From Trichoplax adhaerens (Eukaryota > Animalia > Placozoa), in NCBI RefSeq assembly GCF_000150275.1, contig NW_002060955.1, forward strand, positions 1,885,503 to 1,917,717: a DNA stretch of 32,215 nucleotides. The letters run 5' to 3'. The notes beneath the pieces are model-generated. The model saw only the letters and a program-made list of their open reading frames with translations. It searched no databases and was not told the origin of the DNA. Positions 29,411 through 32,215 of the stretch are shown here, one piece after another. Numbering within the stretch: the first letter of the stretch is position 1; every line of letters begins with the position of its first letter. A program made the translations under genes and the position numbers.

Positions 29411-30989
29411 CTTTACATCTTTCACGGCGGAATCATAGTACTACTATTTATTATTGCTAATATTGAACAATCGAACTATAAATATGGCTCGAAACGATCA
29501 GCAAATAGCGTGTACAAACAATGGAAAGGTAAAAGGAACTTATACATACTTTAGTAAATCATGCTGTCGATTCATTTATTTTTGTAACATATTTTTATTG
29601 TTAACGATGTCATGTCATTATCATGATAATTTGCTAGTCAGTTTGTAATTATTTCTGACAATTGTATTAAATTCTAACTCTTATGTATTCTATCAAAAAC
29701 TTGTTTACTTCGTCTAGATAATTAGCGTTACAATAATAAATTAATGATGAAGGATATATTTTAAAAGTACGTTCTACTGTTGAGAGTGAGATATTTGTCA
29801 CCCATTTTATAGATCGAAAGAATAAAACCATATTATGCCTAATGGATTGATTAGCTGTCTTCACTTTGAAAGTACGGTAAATTATCATGAAATCATATTG
29901 TTTGAAAGGAAATTTTATCGAGGAAACGGCTCACCGTTAATTCGATATCTAGTAGTATTTAAAGGGTCTCTATCGAGTTATTTTCAATTTTTTCAATTTT
30001 ATTTTCTATTTAGATTACAACAATAACCTATCGTTGTAACGCTACCCGGAAATAGAAGCGTCGTTACTTGTTCAGATTACTTAATAAGTAAATACAACGA
30101 GTTAAGCTCGCTGCTTAGCGGATACAATACAAGTACTAATTTTGGCTTAAAAGCTATAATTATTGAGATGTAGATATAGATCAAATTTCGAATGCATTAC
30201 GGTTTTTCTTATATGGTGCTCGACAAACGAGTTATCTTTGTGATTGGGGTGACAAGCAACCGACAGTATAGCATTTACAATTTTCTATTCTTAAATTTTG
30301 CTAGTTTAATTCAACCTTTTCATTATTCAAGCACCCGCAAATACATTACATTTGTGTTTTTAAAACATCATATAAAAACTAGTAAATTAAACAATACTCA
30401 TAGCACACTAATTGGAATTACTGGAATAATCAATCAAGATTGATTTGTCTCTGTCATGCTAATTGACCGAAAGTAAGCTTTATCGTTCTACTTTATTCCC
30501 AGAACTTTGACTTTTTTCAAAACGAATAGCAACGCCTTATTAGCGGCACTAAGAGAACATAATGAATTAAGAATTCAATTGTTATCGTAGGGAGAGTAGA
30601 ATTCAATTTTATAAAAACGAAATCAATTAGGAATGATGAGCTAACCAGCTTTTAGCTTTAACTATATGATAGCTATCTATTGGTTTGATTTGCTGAGCGA
30701 AAATCTAAAGATTAAGGGATCTATCGAGAAAAGGATGGAATAAATTGTAAGAGATATCCATAAAGTGTTTTCAACAGTAAAGATGGCAGCATGAACCGCA
30801 ATAGGTCAGACACTGAAGGGTAATACAAAATTACGTAATAGTTGCATAATTAATATTTAGAAAAAAATTAGACAAGATTATCAGCCGATGGTGAATGTTA
30901 TAAGCATATTGTAATAAGACCTGTTGCCTGCATGAATAAAGGTCAAAAAGTTGCCATTGAAATGTAATGAAATGAAAAGTGTAGAGATC

Positions 30990-31700
30990 AAGCTACAAAA
31001 GTTTAACAAACTTTCATTCTACTTTCGTTGCACTCCGGTCGACTTAACGCTAATACTTTGGCACCAAATAAAAATTTGGGGAAATAATCGAACAACAACT
31101 TATTACAAAACAAAATGGAGAGAAGTACAAACCGAACAACCTTACAAGTACTTAGCTTTAAGTATTAATAAAATAAGTGACAGACTTAAAAACTGTCAAC
31201 GACCAAACAACCTTTCAAAAAGAAGAACGTTTTAACTTACGACAATTTGACCCCGAAGGCCTTTTAAATTCTACAAGTTCTTCAAATAAAATCTTCTTCT
31301 ACTCTCTCTCTAAATTTTCTAATTGCACTATCATTTACAGGCTTCGTAGAGCCGTCAGAGGTATTTAAAACTAAACAATTGCTAACCAATCGCTCTTAAG
31401 ATCCGTTTTAGAAAACTACTTTGCACCATTTATCGCCATTTAAGAAAACAAAAATCATTCAAAGTTCAGACACAATTTACCCTACGATTCCCCTACAAAA
31501 CACTATAAAACTAACAAGCTAACTATAAAAATATATGAAACTTCACTTCTAACATAATTTCTATCTTTAACACACTATGAAAGTCTAAAAATCAACCTTT
31601 AAACATCAAGATTTAGTCATAAAAATAACATTCTAACTACTTAACAATCAACACAACCTCTGCCAATTTCCATCTTATTTTCTATTTTCCTCACTAAATT
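30990..31700 (+). mobile_element. Possible decayed non-LTR (LINE-like) retrotransposon 3' fragment
   Basis: A/C-rich strand skew. Overlapping short ORFs carry YKYLALSIN (cf. RT YKYLG.xI) and RRAVRGI (cf. QRRAxRxI). Confidence 0.28.
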
Positions 31701-32215
31701 CTCCTAATGTGACTTCAAGTCACGTCATAAAATTCCAAAGTTTCAAATTCATAACAAAAGGTTCAAATTTCAAAAATCAACTCTTAGATATTTTTCATAA
31801 ACTAAAATCCAAAAATTAAAACAAGAAAATTATATCGGACATAAATGCGACCGGTTCCGGAATCCGAATCCGAAAAATTCGGTTTTTATAAAGATCACAG
31901 TAATCGCTTATCAAAAAAATTTATACGACTATTACGACTACTTTTCTGATATTAGTATCGCTGAGTATTCGCGAGTATTGATAGTTGATGTTTTAGCGTC
32001 AGATCGGTAACTGTACGATTATAGACTGCATTACAGTACTTTACCGTCTTGTTATACATCCCCTTTGTCTAAGGATAGGGTTTTGCTACTAAGTCAAATT
32101 CTTTTATAATTTGAATAGACGATCAAACGCCCTTTCTTTAGATTAGACAATTGCTCTCGGGCGACTTCTATAGTAATCTCTATATAATACCTGTAAAATA
32201 ATGAAAAGAAATGAT

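Noticed and set aside
29363-30443. Five short ORFs of 63-83 aa
   Set aside because: Low-complexity, AT-driven composition with no domain or splice support.

Overview
AT-rich, intron-dense eukaryotic DNA. The short introns, GTAAG donors and LGR content suggest an early-branching animal such as a placozoan, but that is an inference. Almost the whole window is one minus-strand gene that the ORF track misses. It encodes a leucine-rich-repeat GPCR (LGR) with a RXFP/GRL101-like short hinge and 7TM. I reconstructed it by hand as 51 coding exons: a signal-peptide exon (26850-26943), an LRRNT exon (26643-26763), 48 single-LRR phase-2/phase-2 exons of 63-87 bp (24100 down to 5888) and one hinge+7TM+tail exon (4607-5777). 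The joined frame is open: 4857 nt, about 1618 aa, with no LDLa module. The N-terminal LRRs form two-exon units with paired cysteines. Directly downstream (711-3492) is a headless, internally deleted paralogous LRR-exon series. Its exons match LRR14/15/16 and LRR45/46/47 of the main gene, and one donor site is mutated. A TATA box and a probable non-coding first exon lie near 29.2-29.4 kb. Also present are an inverted dispersed repeat pair, several short tandem repeats, a 50-N assembly gap and probable decayed retroelement fragments.
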